A stretch of DNA of 57,006 nt from Deferribacterales bacterium (GTDB lineage: Bacteria > Chrysiogenota > Deferribacteres > Deferribacterales > Geovibrionaceae), in contig JBFWLW010000016.1 of NCBI GenBank assembly GCA_050251945.1, positions 1 through 57,006 of the forward strand, in the 5' to 3' direction. The notes under the pieces are model-generated. The model made no database searches, had not been told where the DNA came from, and saw only the letters and a program-made list of their open reading frames with translations. Below, in pieces: positions 9,786 through 18,241 of this stretch (within the stretch, counting starts at the first letter, position 1; every line of letters starts with the position of its first letter). Position numbers and translations under genes: made by a program.

Positions 9786-11413
9786 GGCTGTACCTCGATT
9801 ATATTTTTCACCCTGAGCGGACTGCCGGATATTTTTATTACTGCCGAGGTAACCCTGCCGGAACCGAATCTGCTTCTGAGTTTCAGTCCCGCTGCCGCGG
9901 TCAGTTCGTTCATGTGTGTTGTTTCCAGTGTTATTCTGTTTGTTGTGTCTGCCAGATTCATCGCCAGACGGAGAGCCGAAACCCTGTCGCACAGGGCAGG
10001 GGCGCTTTTGGTGAGCGAACCTTCACCGTCTCTGAAAATGAGTGTCACGCTGCTGTCGGTCACAGCAGTGACATATTTTTTTGTCTCCGCCGTTTCCGTG
10101 ATGGCGTAGAGGTCATAGACAGCCGTATAAGTAATGGTTCTGTATCCGTTCAGACCGCCGCTTGTCACACAGGTGCCGTCATATCCGATGCCGGCGGTTA
10201 TGACCGACCTTGCGGGGACGGAAAGAGTTCCTTCTCCGTCTGTAAAAAGCACGTCCTCGGTGATGGTCTCCGCTGTGTTGCGGCGTAAGATGGTGAGATT
10301 CTCCGAATCGCTTGTCAGTCTGGCGTTTCCGCTGTGATAAAGCCTTATCGCCGCCGCTTCGCCCGTATCGGTTTCGGAAGGGGCCGCAACATGCACATGA
10401 TTTGATGTATATGCTCCGTAATTTACTGTGATAGTTTTATATTTGTGTTCATCTTTTTCAAATGTACGCGAAAACACGCCGTCCGGAACAAGCCTGATAT
10501 CGGAACCGCCGTCGGTGACTGCTATGTACCCGTCGGGCAGAAGGCGCACCGAAAGACCCGCATTGTCCGCCAGATATTGCGCCAGAGACATATGGGTGAA
10601 CGAGCCTTTGAAGGTGGTTACGAAATCACGTGCCGCCCATATTATCCTGTCTGAAAGTTCCGCCGCCGCTTCCGACGCTTTTTTGCCCGTGATTTCCGCA
10701 TAAAAACTGCCTTCAGGCTCAGGCATCAAACCTGTCAGCACCGTGCTTTTGTCCGATGCCGACACGGAACTGATGCCGAATGTGAAACTTTCCCCGTTTA
10801 TTTCAGCCGTTATGCTTTTCGCGCTTTTCAGCATAGTGCCGAAAGCCGCCTTTACAGACGGAACGCCGAAGAGCGAAATGCTCAGTTCTGTCAGATGCTT
10901 CGTGAAGTCTCTGCCGTCGATGAAAACGGTGAACGTATCTGCGGACACAAAGCCTGCCGCCGAAGGAACTGAAACGGCAAAACTGCCGCTCAGACCTGCG
11001 GGATACATCGGAATTTCGATGCCGGCAAAACTGCTGTATCCGAAATCGCCCAGAGTGTTGGATAAAGAAATATCGGTGTTCAGATGTTGCCCTGTCACGG
11101 ATGGAACTGTCAGGAGACCGTCAGCAGACAGGCTGTTTAAAAGCTCTGTCCCCGCCGCATAGTCGTTCATCGCAGACAGAGAGCTGACCGCTTCGCACGA
11201 TCCGAAGGACGCGGCTGTCATCTCCGCAGTGAGCGTCAGCTCTGCGGAACACGCCAGTGATGTTGATAAAACGTTGGAACCGTCTGTGGAAACCGCTGTC
11301 ATTGAATATGTTCCTCCTGATATGATGAAAGGCGCAGTCAGACCGGACGTGCCGTTTTTTGCGTCTGCCGGCACAAACCCCGCCGCTGTGAAATCTCCGG
11401 CGCAAGTGTCCAT
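9782..11413 (-). CDS. Putative tail hub/baseplate-like protein
   Basis: 543 aa; VFIDGRDFT...LSI and YLADNAGLSVRLLPDGYIAV resemble hub (gp27/gp44-like) segments; position in the operon. Confidence 0.55.
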   Translation of the reverse strand: MDTCAGDFTAAGFVPADAKNGTSGLTAPFIISGGTYSMTAVSTDGSNVLSTSLACSAELTLTAEMTAASFGSCEAVSSLSAMNDYAAGTELLNSLSADGLLTVPSVTGQHLNTDISLSNTLGDFGYSSFAGIEIPMYPAGLSGSFAVSVPSAAGFVSADTFTVFIDGRDFTKHLTELSISLFGVPSVKAAFGTMLKSAKSITAEINGESFTFGISSVSASDKSTVLTGLMPEPEGSFYAEITGKKASEAAAELSDRIIWAARDFVTTFKGSFTHMSLAQYLADNAGLSVRLLPDGYIAVTDGGSDIRLVPDGVFSRTFEKDEHKYKTITVNYGAYTSNHVHVAAPSETDTGEAAAIRLYHSGNARLTSDSENLTILRRNTAETITEDVLFTDGEGTLSVPARSVITAGIGYDGTCVTSGGLNGYRTITYTAVYDLYAITETAETKKYVTAVTDSSVTLIFRDGEGSLTKSAPALCDRVSALRLAMNLADTTNRITLETTHMNELTAAAGLKLRSRFGSGRVTSAVIKISGSPLRVKNIIEVQP

Positions 11414-11414
11414 G

Positions 11415-12602
11415 CTATGCCGTCCTGTACCATTTTGAGCCGTTTGACACGAACGTACGAAGGTCGCCTTCCGCTTCCAGCATTATTTCAGTCGTTTCTA
11501 TATCTCCGATCATCACGGGATTCTGGTTAGTGTCCGTCCTGATAACTGTTACTGACTGCCCTTCGTGTTCCGATGCACTGCCCATTCCGACGTATGCGTA
11601 ACCCTCCGAAGCGTCGGCGAAAACGTATGATATGTCTTTGGGCAGGCTGTAATATCCGCTTATTGAAGCCGTTCCGCCCGTTCCGGATGATCCGCCGCTT
11701 TCCGGCGTGAGATTTACAATGCCGCCGAAAGCTGTCTGCATGAACCAGAAGGCGTCCCCCTCCTTTTTCAGTTCGGTGAGCAGATTATTCGACGTGTCGT
11801 AAATGAAAACGGAATTGTCAGTTTCGTCAGTTTTTATAACAGGGACGGGTATATTGGTCATGGCGCTGTTTTGCTGTATGTACAGATACAAAGGAGATTC
11901 CGACGCATCGGCGTACACAGCGGAGCCGTAGGAAAAGACAGGTCCGCTGGTTTTGAACGTCTGGAATGAGTGCGGCGAGAAAATTCCTGTTCCGATGATG
12001 CGCCATATCCCGCCGATGACAGCCAGTTTCACCGTGCATGCGGAACCCAGTGTGGTCTCGGTAATGCCGTTCAGACCTATAACGTCCCCTTCGGCAGCTA
12101 TTATCACCGCATATTGCGAAGGCTCTGTTCCGCTGTTGATGATGGTAAGAACGTCGCCGCTGTAAAGCGCGGCATCAGGAAGCACACAGCTTATGCTTTG
12201 GTTTGTTTCACTGAAAGAGATCGCGACGGTGCAGTCGAACGGGTCTAAAACAGTTCCCGAATCAGTTACGACCTTGAAGGCTCTTGCGGATGCAAAGGTG
12301 TTAAGCATCTGTGCCGTGACAACGTTGGCTATCAGACTTCCGGTGTTCCAGTCCTTTGCCTGAGTGCTTTCCCTGCCGCGCCCGGCAGTTATGCCGCTTT
12401 CGGTTTTCTGCGCCAGAACTATTTCCCTGTTCGGGTCGTCCGCAGGGGACGCAAAGCCGTTCTCCCATATAACGGCGGTGAAACTGCCGTCCGGAAACAG
12501 TTCCGCATTCTGAACGGTCAGTTCCGTGCCTTCGGCGTGCAGATAAGCGGAAAGCTGTGAGCGTGCAAAGTTGGCGAACCTGTTCATCAGTCTATCTGCC
12601 AT
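11415..12602 (-). CDS. Phage tail/fibre protein with three internal repeats
   Basis: N-terminal EIV...GRGRESTQAKDWNTGS..ANVVTA phage tail motif; repeats (V)YADASE...PVIKTDETDNSV and VFADASEG...VIRTDTNQNPV. Confidence 0.65.
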   Translation of the reverse strand: MADRLMNRFANFARSQLSAYLHAEGTELTVQNAELFPDGSFTAVIWENGFASPADDPNREIVLAQKTESGITAGRGRESTQAKDWNTGSLIANVVTAQMLNTFASARAFKVVTDSGTVLDPFDCTVAISFSETNQSISCVLPDAALYSGDVLTIINSGTEPSQYAVIIAAEGDVIGLNGITETTLGSACTVKLAVIGGIWRIIGTGIFSPHSFQTFKTSGPVFSYGSAVYADASESPLYLYIQQNSAMTNIPVPVIKTDETDNSVFIYDTSNNLLTELKKEGDAFWFMQTAFGGIVNLTPESGGSSGTGGTASISGYYSLPKDISYVFADASEGYAYVGMGSASEHEGQSVTVIRTDTNQNPVMIGDIETTEIMLEAEGDLRTFVSNGSKWYRTA

Positions 12603-13537
12603 TCGAGGGTTATTCTGTTATCGGGTTCGTGGGGGCATCCGGCAGGTACGACCTCTTTCAGCCAGAAACCTTTTGCAGACGGCAGGGTGACGAGCGTAAG
12701 GCTGTTTCCGGCTTCAAATGCACCTGACCATGCTTCCGCCGGAATGGTGAAATAGGGTTTTCCGGTTTTTGAGTTCAGCGGGGCATACTGCGCGGTGGAC
12801 TGACCGGAAGGCAGAGTGCCTGCGTAAAGCCCTGTCGCAGAAAAAGATATGGACGATGTGAACGTCAGCGAAAAGGTGTCGTATTCCGTGCCGCCGTTTG
12901 CAAGCACCACAAGCTCATGATCGAAAGCCCCCGTGAGACTGTTCAGTGATGCGCTTTCAAGGACAGGTTCGAGATCGCCCAGTTCAAGCATCACCCCCGC
13001 ATATGCCGCGTTCGCCTCAAACGAATGGGGAAGCTGACCGACAAGCGATACGGTGGCGGTGTTTACGTTTCTGGAAACCGAAGCTACGCGCATGTTGCAC
13101 GATTTTTCATCATCCCTGATGAGCAGAAGCGCGCCTTCGGGGATGCTGTAATCCGAAGATTTGAACAGCAGAGTGATGCTTTCATCTCCCGCCGTGGCGC
13201 TCTGAGTGAGTTTTCCGCACCCCGTCCATTCGTCGGGCAGTTCAGCCTGAGTGTCCGCCATGTCCGCCTGTGCAATGTAAAATCTGTCCTGACCGTTTCC
13301 GGGAGTGCCGATGCACACACATGCGGAATACGCCGTCTCACCGTTCACGTTTGAGTTTGCTATGAACGCTTTGCGGTATCTGGTCACTCCCGTTTCCCTC
13401 TCCGCAGAGGTTACACGGGGAAAAAGGTTGAATTTCACGCCTGAAACCACGGTGGAGGCAAGGTTCGCTCTGCCGCCGTTATCGTCGGTGTCGGTGATGT
13501 TTACGCTTCTTATTATGCTGATGTCGCTCTGATTCAT
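12587..13537 (-). CDS. Phage tail-tip protein (type found in transposable siphophages)
   Basis: N-terminal SDI...DNGGR...VVSGVKFNLFPRVTSAERETGVTRYRKAF motif recognised from Mu-like siphovirus tail genes. Confidence 0.65.
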   Translation of the reverse strand: MNQSDISIIRSVNITDTDDNGGRANLASTVVSGVKFNLFPRVTSAERETGVTRYRKAFIANSNVNGETAYSACVCIGTPGNGQDRFYIAQADMADTQAELPDEWTGCGKLTQSATAGDESITLLFKSSDYSIPEGALLLIRDDEKSCNMRVASVSRNVNTATVSLVGQLPHSFEANAAYAGVMLELGDLEPVLESASLNSLTGAFDHELVVLANGGTEYDTFSLTFTSSISFSATGLYAGTLPSGQSTAQYAPLNSKTGKPYFTIPAEAWSGAFEAGNSLTLVTLPSAKGFWLKEVVPAGCPHEPDNRITLEWQID

Positions 13538-13538
13538 T

Positions 13539-13907
13539 CTAAACCTCCGAAAGCCTTATTGTGCCGCTGTATACGTCGGCATCCGACTGAACCTGTCTGG
13601 CGTTCAGCGGCTTAAGCTGAACCGCACTGCTGTCGCTTACGAAAACAACCTCCATCTGCCTGCCGTTTATATCTGCGTGAACTGCCGCCGCCGCCGATGC
13701 CACGCGACAGAGGGATAGAACGTCTTCCCGTTTCATGCCGCTCTCTGTGGCGGGGATATATATTTCGATACTGTTGTAAGGTTTGCCCGCGTATACTATT
13801 TCCGCACCTGAAAGGTCGGTTTCGGTGCCGGTCTGTGGCAGTCCGTATGCCGTTTCGTTTGTCCACACCGCCGTTTCCGGCAGTGTTATTCCTGCTATGG
13901 TTATCAT
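13539..13907 (-). CDS. Phage tail protein (distal-tail-like)
   Basis: Start MITIAGITLPETAVWTNE...LSGAEIV...YSGTIRLSEV; this type normally follows the tape measure gene. Confidence 0.6.
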   Translation of the reverse strand: MITIAGITLPETAVWTNETAYGLPQTGTETDLSGAEIVYAGKPYNSIEIYIPATESGMKREDVLSLCRVASAAAAVHADINGRQMEVVFVSDSSAVQLKPLNARQVQSDADVYSGTIRLSEV

Positions 13908-13909
13908 TT

Positions 13910-14263
13910 TCAGCACCTGTATCCGCACTCGATGACAAAGGTCATGGTGCGTGTGTCGGTTGTTTGTATACTGCTTGAAAGGCTGATCGGGCGTGTAGCA
14001 CCGAGTGCATTGACCGCTGTGTGGAAGGGCGACATATCCGCCCTGCCCACAGAGAGCAGGCGAACGTATATTTTCAGATTATGCTGTGTCACCTGCACTC
14101 CGTTGTCGCTGACGGTTTCAAATCCGGCGTAGGCAACCGCCGCCAGCGGTTCCTTTCCCGTCATCACCTCTGTACTGCCGTCTTTCAGCAGGACACGGGT
14201 AAAAACTCTGCACTCCTCAAGCACCTGCACTGTGTCAAGGGTCAGCTGATCCGCCGTCCTCAT
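13910..14263 (-). CDS. Putative head-tail completion protein (Mu gp37-like position)
   Basis: Start MRTADQ at 14263 overlaps the upstream stop (ATGA); assignment by position only. Confidence 0.55.
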   Translation of the reverse strand: MRTADQLTLDTVQVLEECRVFTRVLLKDGSTEVMTGKEPLAAVAYAGFETVSDNGVQVTQHNLKIYVRLLSVGRADMSPFHTAVNALGATRPISLSSSIQTTDTRTMTFVIECGYRC

Positions 14264-14631
14264 CTGTATCCCTGCCAGTTGCCCCGTCCCGCCTGCGTGT
14301 ATGCCGCCGCCTGCTTCGGAATTTCGCCAGTGGACGACGTTACGGGTGCCAGCGGCGCAAGAAGCTGTGCAGTTTCGGTTTTGTACTGTTCCGCCGTTGT
14401 CCATTCGGCGGCGTAGATGTAAAGTTCCGCCAGAGTGCGCTTTTTCACCGCGAGGCGCAGAACTGCGTCCGATTCGTCATATTCCAGACCGTAGCTGTCC
14501 GCCACCGCCTGAACGTATATGCGGGCATTCTCCAGCGCTTCTTCCGCTACGGAATCGTCACCCTGACATACGGCAAGGTAGTCGTCGTCGCGCATGAGTT
14601 CCTGTATCTCTTCAATGTCGATGAGTTCCAT
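14260..14631 (-). CDS. Mu gp36/DUF1320-like head-tail adaptor
   Basis: Helical acidic protein after the capsid gene (AEEALENARIYV...VLRLAV...LAELY...EQYKTET); GGAG RBS before ATG 14631. Confidence 0.65.
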   Translation of the reverse strand: MELIDIEEIQELMRDDDYLAVCQGDDSVAEEALENARIYVQAVADSYGLEYDESDAVLRLAVKKRTLAELYIYAAEWTTAEQYKTETAQLLAPLAPVTSSTGEIPKQAAAYTQAGRGNWQGYR

Positions 14632-14646
14632 ATTAAGCTCCATAAT

Positions 14647-14723
14647 GAGATCGCGTCGTTGCTGCGCGCCTTGCGAAGACGACAAACGTCTCTGCAAGGA
14701 ACAACGTGACGACGCAGTCTCAT
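14647..14723. repeat. CGTC-type REP pair (family A) inside the phage operon
   Basis: GAGATCGCGTCG...TTGCGAAGAC-spacer-CGTCTCTGCAAGG...GCAGTCTC inverted pair. Confidence 0.85.
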
Positions 14724-14731
14724 GTTTAATT

Positions 14732-14757
14732 TCCAGGGCGGGGCAGAACCCCGCCTG
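14732..14757 (-). terminator. Hairpin downstream of the capsid gene
   Basis: GGCGGGG-loop-CCCCGCC stem immediately after the capsid stop; no strong U tract. Confidence 0.45.
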
Positions 14758-14763
14758 TATTCT

Positions 14764-15747
14764 TTAAAGCACTGTCGCCCAGCAGATACCTTTTGTGAAA
14801 GGCACTGGCAGAGGCTTGCTCTCCGCGATTATCTCTATGCTGGAAGAACGGGCATCGCGCACCTGCTTAACAAAGAAGGGCATAGCCGTAAGGTTGCTGT
14901 CCAGATCGTCAATGACGCTGTAAACCAGCTCAAACGGGGCATCCGCGGCGAATGCCATGAGCTTGCCGCTGTCAACCACCTTCACCTGAGACCCCGTGGC
15001 AAGGTCTGTGTATGAGCTGTTCATAAGCTCAACGCGAAATCCGGCTATGTTGATTGTCTTGGAATCTATTACAGCCGTGAGGGATGTGTTCCCGATGTCC
15101 TGAACCACCTTTGCCAGCGCCATGAACGCGCTCTGACCTGCCCAGAAACGGATGTCGGAACCGTAATGGCTGTTGTTCTGAATCTGAGCTTCCATGCCGA
15201 TGAGGTCGGCGAGGATATCGTCGAGGCTGATTGAGGACTGGTTCCATGTTTCTTCGGGAGTGTGTGAAAGCGTGGTGCCGAATTCAACTCCGTATGTGGC
15301 AAGTCCGCCGTCCATGTGCATGGGATATGCGATATTTCCTTTAAGTGACTGCGCCGCCATCGCTTCGGTGGATGCTCTGACGATCCTGCGCAGGCGGTCT
15401 ATCTTATTGTTCACAAGGAGCTGGATGCCTGATTCGTCAAGGAGTTTGAGGTTGTTCACATCCACGCCGTTGAGCCTTTCGGAAGGGCGGAAGGGCTGGG
15501 GTTCGATATGGGTTATGCTTCCGTTCTCTTCGTAAACGGGGACGGGGTCGCCGCCTCTGCGTGTTACGGCTATGTTTGTCACCGGCTGCTGCAGATCGGT
15601 TACGGAAACTGTGGGCAGCGGGTGATTGCGTCTTTTCGCTTCGGGGTATACGTTGTCCATTACGGGGGATTTAAGCTCCGGCATGGACGTGAGCGAGCGG
15701 ACTATGGAGTCCGTTGTAAAGTATTTACCGAGATCAAGCTGTATCAT
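14764..15747 (-). CDS. Major capsid protein (lambda gpE-like)
   Basis: 327 aa; RRIVRASTEAMAAQSLKG and IIAESKPLPVP C-terminal motif of Phage_cap_E-type capsids; follows decoration and protease genes. Confidence 0.85.
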   Translation of the reverse strand: MIQLDLGKYFTTDSIVRSLTSMPELKSPVMDNVYPEAKRRNHPLPTVSVTDLQQPVTNIAVTRRGGDPVPVYEENGSITHIEPQPFRPSERLNGVDVNNLKLLDESGIQLLVNNKIDRLRRIVRASTEAMAAQSLKGNIAYPMHMDGGLATYGVEFGTTLSHTPEETWNQSSISLDDILADLIGMEAQIQNNSHYGSDIRFWAGQSAFMALAKVVQDIGNTSLTAVIDSKTINIAGFRVELMNSSYTDLATGSQVKVVDSGKLMAFAADAPFELVYSVIDDLDSNLTAMPFFVKQVRDARSSSIEIIAESKPLPVPFTKGICWATVL

Positions 15748-15756
15748 ATTAACTCC

Positions 15757-16119
15757 TTAAAATACCCAGATGGGTGCGTTTGTTTCAAGGGACGCAACGT
15801 GCGCCGCGGAAGATGCGGAACCTTTGGTCAGAAGGCTCTTTTTCATCACTGTGCCGTGAACGGCGACGCTTCCTGCCGTGTCTTTTGATGTGTCGATGTC
15901 CTCCGTGCAAACGCCTACGGGCGTATTTGTGCTGTCGGAAGCCGCCGGGTCAAAGCTGACCGCCTTGCCGGATGCGTCAAGGGCGATTATCTCGCCCGCC
16001 TGAACGGTGCCTGCGCCTGATGCAAACTCCATGATGCGGATCACGGCGGGATGTCTGCCGTCTGTTACCGTTTTTCCCGTGATGGTCTGTGTTCCCACCA
16101 CTCCGTTAACTGTTGCCAT
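15757..16119 (-). CDS. Head decoration protein (gpD-like)
   Basis: 120 aa; GTVQAGEII...PVGVCTEDIDTS...VAVHGTV; directly upstream of the capsid gene. Confidence 0.8.
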   Translation of the reverse strand: MATVNGVVGTQTITGKTVTDGRHPAVIRIMEFASGAGTVQAGEIIALDASGKAVSFDPAASDSTNTPVGVCTEDIDTSKDTAGSVAVHGTVMKKSLLTKGSASSAAHVASLETNAPIWVF

Positions 16120-16129
16120 TCGTTCCTCC

Positions 16130-16816
16130 TTATATTTTCGAGAATATTGATGCTGCGGGAGCCTTTTCGGGTCTTAACCCGTGTGTTCCCTGTGAAACGG
16201 GGTTCTTTACCCTGCCGAATATCTCTGCAAGGGTATCTGATGCCTGAACGGCGGGCATTTCGCGTTCAAGCCTGTCTGCGAAGCTGATGAGCGCCTGATA
16301 TGCACCGGAGGGGAGTTTACCCGCCGCCGCCTCTTTCAGTCTGTTCAGCTTATGTTCGAGATTCTGGGTTTTGAGCTTTGAAAACTCACTCATTTCGCTG
16401 TCGGAAAAGACAAACCCGCAATTCAGCGGTGAAAAAGTGATTATCTTTGTCCTGTCGCCCATGCTGATTATCTTCAGGTCTTTGATCATGGGCGGGACAG
16501 CGCCGAGGAACGCAACGTGGTGCAAATACAGGCTGTCGTCCTCTCTGCGTGCCGCGCCGATGCTCCAGTTCTTGTATCTGCCCTCGGCAAACGCCTCCGC
16601 CAGCTCCGTGCCAAGCTCTATCTCGCCCAGAAGCACAGCCTCGTCAGCAGATACCTCCACAGCCGTTACCCAGCCGTATGCGGGCATGGAATCGTCAGAT
16701 TCGTGCCCGATGGTCACAGGTACCTGCGACGTAAAATTTTCAGCCATGCTGAGAATATCTTCGGGTGTTATCACAACACCGTTGTGGTTTCCCGCTCTGG
16801 CAAGTTCCAGTTTCAT
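16130..16816 (-). CDS. Mu-like prohead protease/scaffold (gpI-like)
   Basis: ITPEDILSMAENF...PVTIGH...PAYGWV...GRYKNWS...YLHHVAFLGAVPPMIKDL; GGAGG RBS. Confidence 0.85.
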   Translation of the reverse strand: MKLELARAGNHNGVVITPEDILSMAENFTSQVPVTIGHESDDSMPAYGWVTAVEVSADEAVLLGEIELGTELAEAFAEGRYKNWSIGAARREDDSLYLHHVAFLGAVPPMIKDLKIISMGDRTKIITFSPLNCGFVFSDSEMSEFSKLKTQNLEHKLNRLKEAAAGKLPSGAYQALISFADRLEREMPAVQASDTLAEIFGRVKNPVSQGTHGLRPEKAPAASIFSKI

Positions 16817-16850
16817 ATTCCGCCTCCTTCTCTTTTCGGATTGGCAAATA

Positions 16851-16902
16851 ATACAGGAATTGTTTGTGATATATGTTTAAAAATGACAAATAAAATTTGT
16901 AA
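16851..16902. promoter_or_regulatory. Two ACA-N9-TGT operator-like palindromes upstream of the structural operon
   Basis: ATACA-ggaattgtt-TGTGA (16851-16869) and TGACA-aataaaatt-TGTAA (16884-16902); same motif as at 20795-20883. Confidence 0.7.
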
Positions 16903-16967
16903 TAATTCCTCTTTTAATATATTTGAATAGAGGCTATCCTTTAGAAAAAGCGAAGGGAGATGTACTG

Positions 16968-17927
16968 ATGCTTAAAAAGGCTCTGCTGCTGATATCCGTG
17001 CTGATACTGACCGCCTGTGCCGCCGACAATTCCGCCGTCTATCTTGATACCGCGGCGCAGCTTAAAAACATGCAGGATGCCGGTTCGGCTGTAAAAAAAT
17101 ATGAATCAACCGTTAGAAAGAGCGTCCATTCACACTATTATTACGAAGGACTGGGCGACATATATTATGCGTACGGCGAGTACGGAAACGCAGTGAACCA
17201 GTACACCAGTTCACTGAGGAACAAGGGCGCTTCCGCTGTCCATATCAAACGGGGGGATGCATACGTTAAGCTGGGGTTCTACCCTGACGCCGCGTATGAT
17301 TTCTCATCCGCAATAGACTACGGCGGAGAGAACGCTTATATCGCTTATGCAAAGCGGGCGAAGGTATACATTGAACTTGGAAAATACAAGGAAGCTCTGA
17401 AAGATATTGAAAAGGCCCGGAAGCATACGGAGGTTTCCGCCGATATGGACAGAGCGCTGGCGGAGATATATTACAAGACCGCCGACTACAACACTGCAAA
17501 GGTGTACGCTCAACGGGCTATATCCGCAATACCTGACGATGCGGGACTGTATTATCTGAGGGCAAAGCTGTTTTACAAAACGAAGGATGCCAATCAGGCA
17601 ATAGCCGACTATGAAAAGACTGTCGCCCTTAAACCGGACTTTTCGGACGCGAAGAGGGAGCTTGCCATGGTTTATGCGACATGTCCCGTTTCGATATACA
17701 GAAACGGTGAAAAAGCACTTAAGCTGGCTTCTGAACTTTACGATGCACAGGCATCGTCCGATAATGTGCTTGTCCTTGCGGCGGCATATGCGGAAAACGG
17801 GGATTTTGACAAAGCGGCGGAACTTCTTAAAAATGCAGCGGATAAAGAAAAGGATTTTGTTAAGCAGGACGATATGCGTGTGTATCTGCAGGCATATGAA
17901 GAAAAGAGAACCATAAATAGCTGGTAA
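16968..17927 (+). CDS. TPR-repeat lipoprotein
   Basis: Signal peptide with lipobox LTAC; multiple TPR units; start moved to MLKKALL with GGGAG RBS. Confidence 0.85.
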   Translation: MLKKALLLISVLILTACAADNSAVYLDTAAQLKNMQDAGSAVKKYESTVRKSVHSHYYYEGLGDIYYAYGEYGNAVNQYTSSLRNKGASAVHIKRGDAYVKLGFYPDAAYDFSSAIDYGGENAYIAYAKRAKVYIELGKYKEALKDIEKARKHTEVSADMDRALAEIYYKTADYNTAKVYAQRAISAIPDDAGLYYLRAKLFYKTKDANQAIADYEKTVALKPDFSDAKRELAMVYATCPVSIYRNGEKALKLASELYDAQASSDNVLVLAAAYAENGDFDKAAELLKNAADKEKDFVKQDDMRVYLQAYEEKRTINSW

Positions 17928-18067
17928 ATAAAGCATGGGGCGTACCAGTGGAGTGTGCGCCCCGCTGTTTGAAAAATGGGCAATGTAAAATAATTTTACT
18001 CATTTAAGGATGGTCAAAAAACTGTCACTCCGTTCAGAAACTACCCTGACAAAGGATTCATATAAAT

Positions 18068-18241
18068 CTTTCAACAGATATTCAACAATTTTGTTGATAA
18101 AAAAAAGCTTGACAGCATAAACCCTTAAAATTCGGGGGATTCTCTTGATTGTGTTCAATATCAGTTATTTGTGGAATTCTGTGGAATTCATGCTGATAAA
18201 TCACGGGTTTCTAACATTAAATTTTCAACAGGTTTTCCACA
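18068..18241. promoter_or_regulatory. Cluster of DnaA-box-like 9-mers
   Basis: One perfect TTTTCCACA (18233) plus seven imperfect variants (about 1-3 mismatches) at 10-13 bp spacing. Confidence 0.5.

Larger units (their letters stand above)
4587..16816 (-). mobile_element. Phage-derived structural operon (Mu-like head plus tail-tip genes); cryptic or domesticated, GTA-like
   Basis: 15 co-oriented ORFs, mostly with overlapping or abutting start/stop codons; protease-decoration-capsid-gp36 order; no integrase, terminase, portal or tape measure in the window. Confidence 0.85.

Noticed and set aside
14764..15747. Encapsulin nanocompartment
   Set aside because: The flanking prohead protease, decoration, neck and tail-tip genes are virion-type, and there is no enzyme cargo gene.
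4587..16816. Complete inducible prophage, or tailocin/contractile injection system
   Set aside because: No integrase/transposase, terminase, portal, replication or endolysin genes in the window; no sheath or tube genes; a capsid is present.
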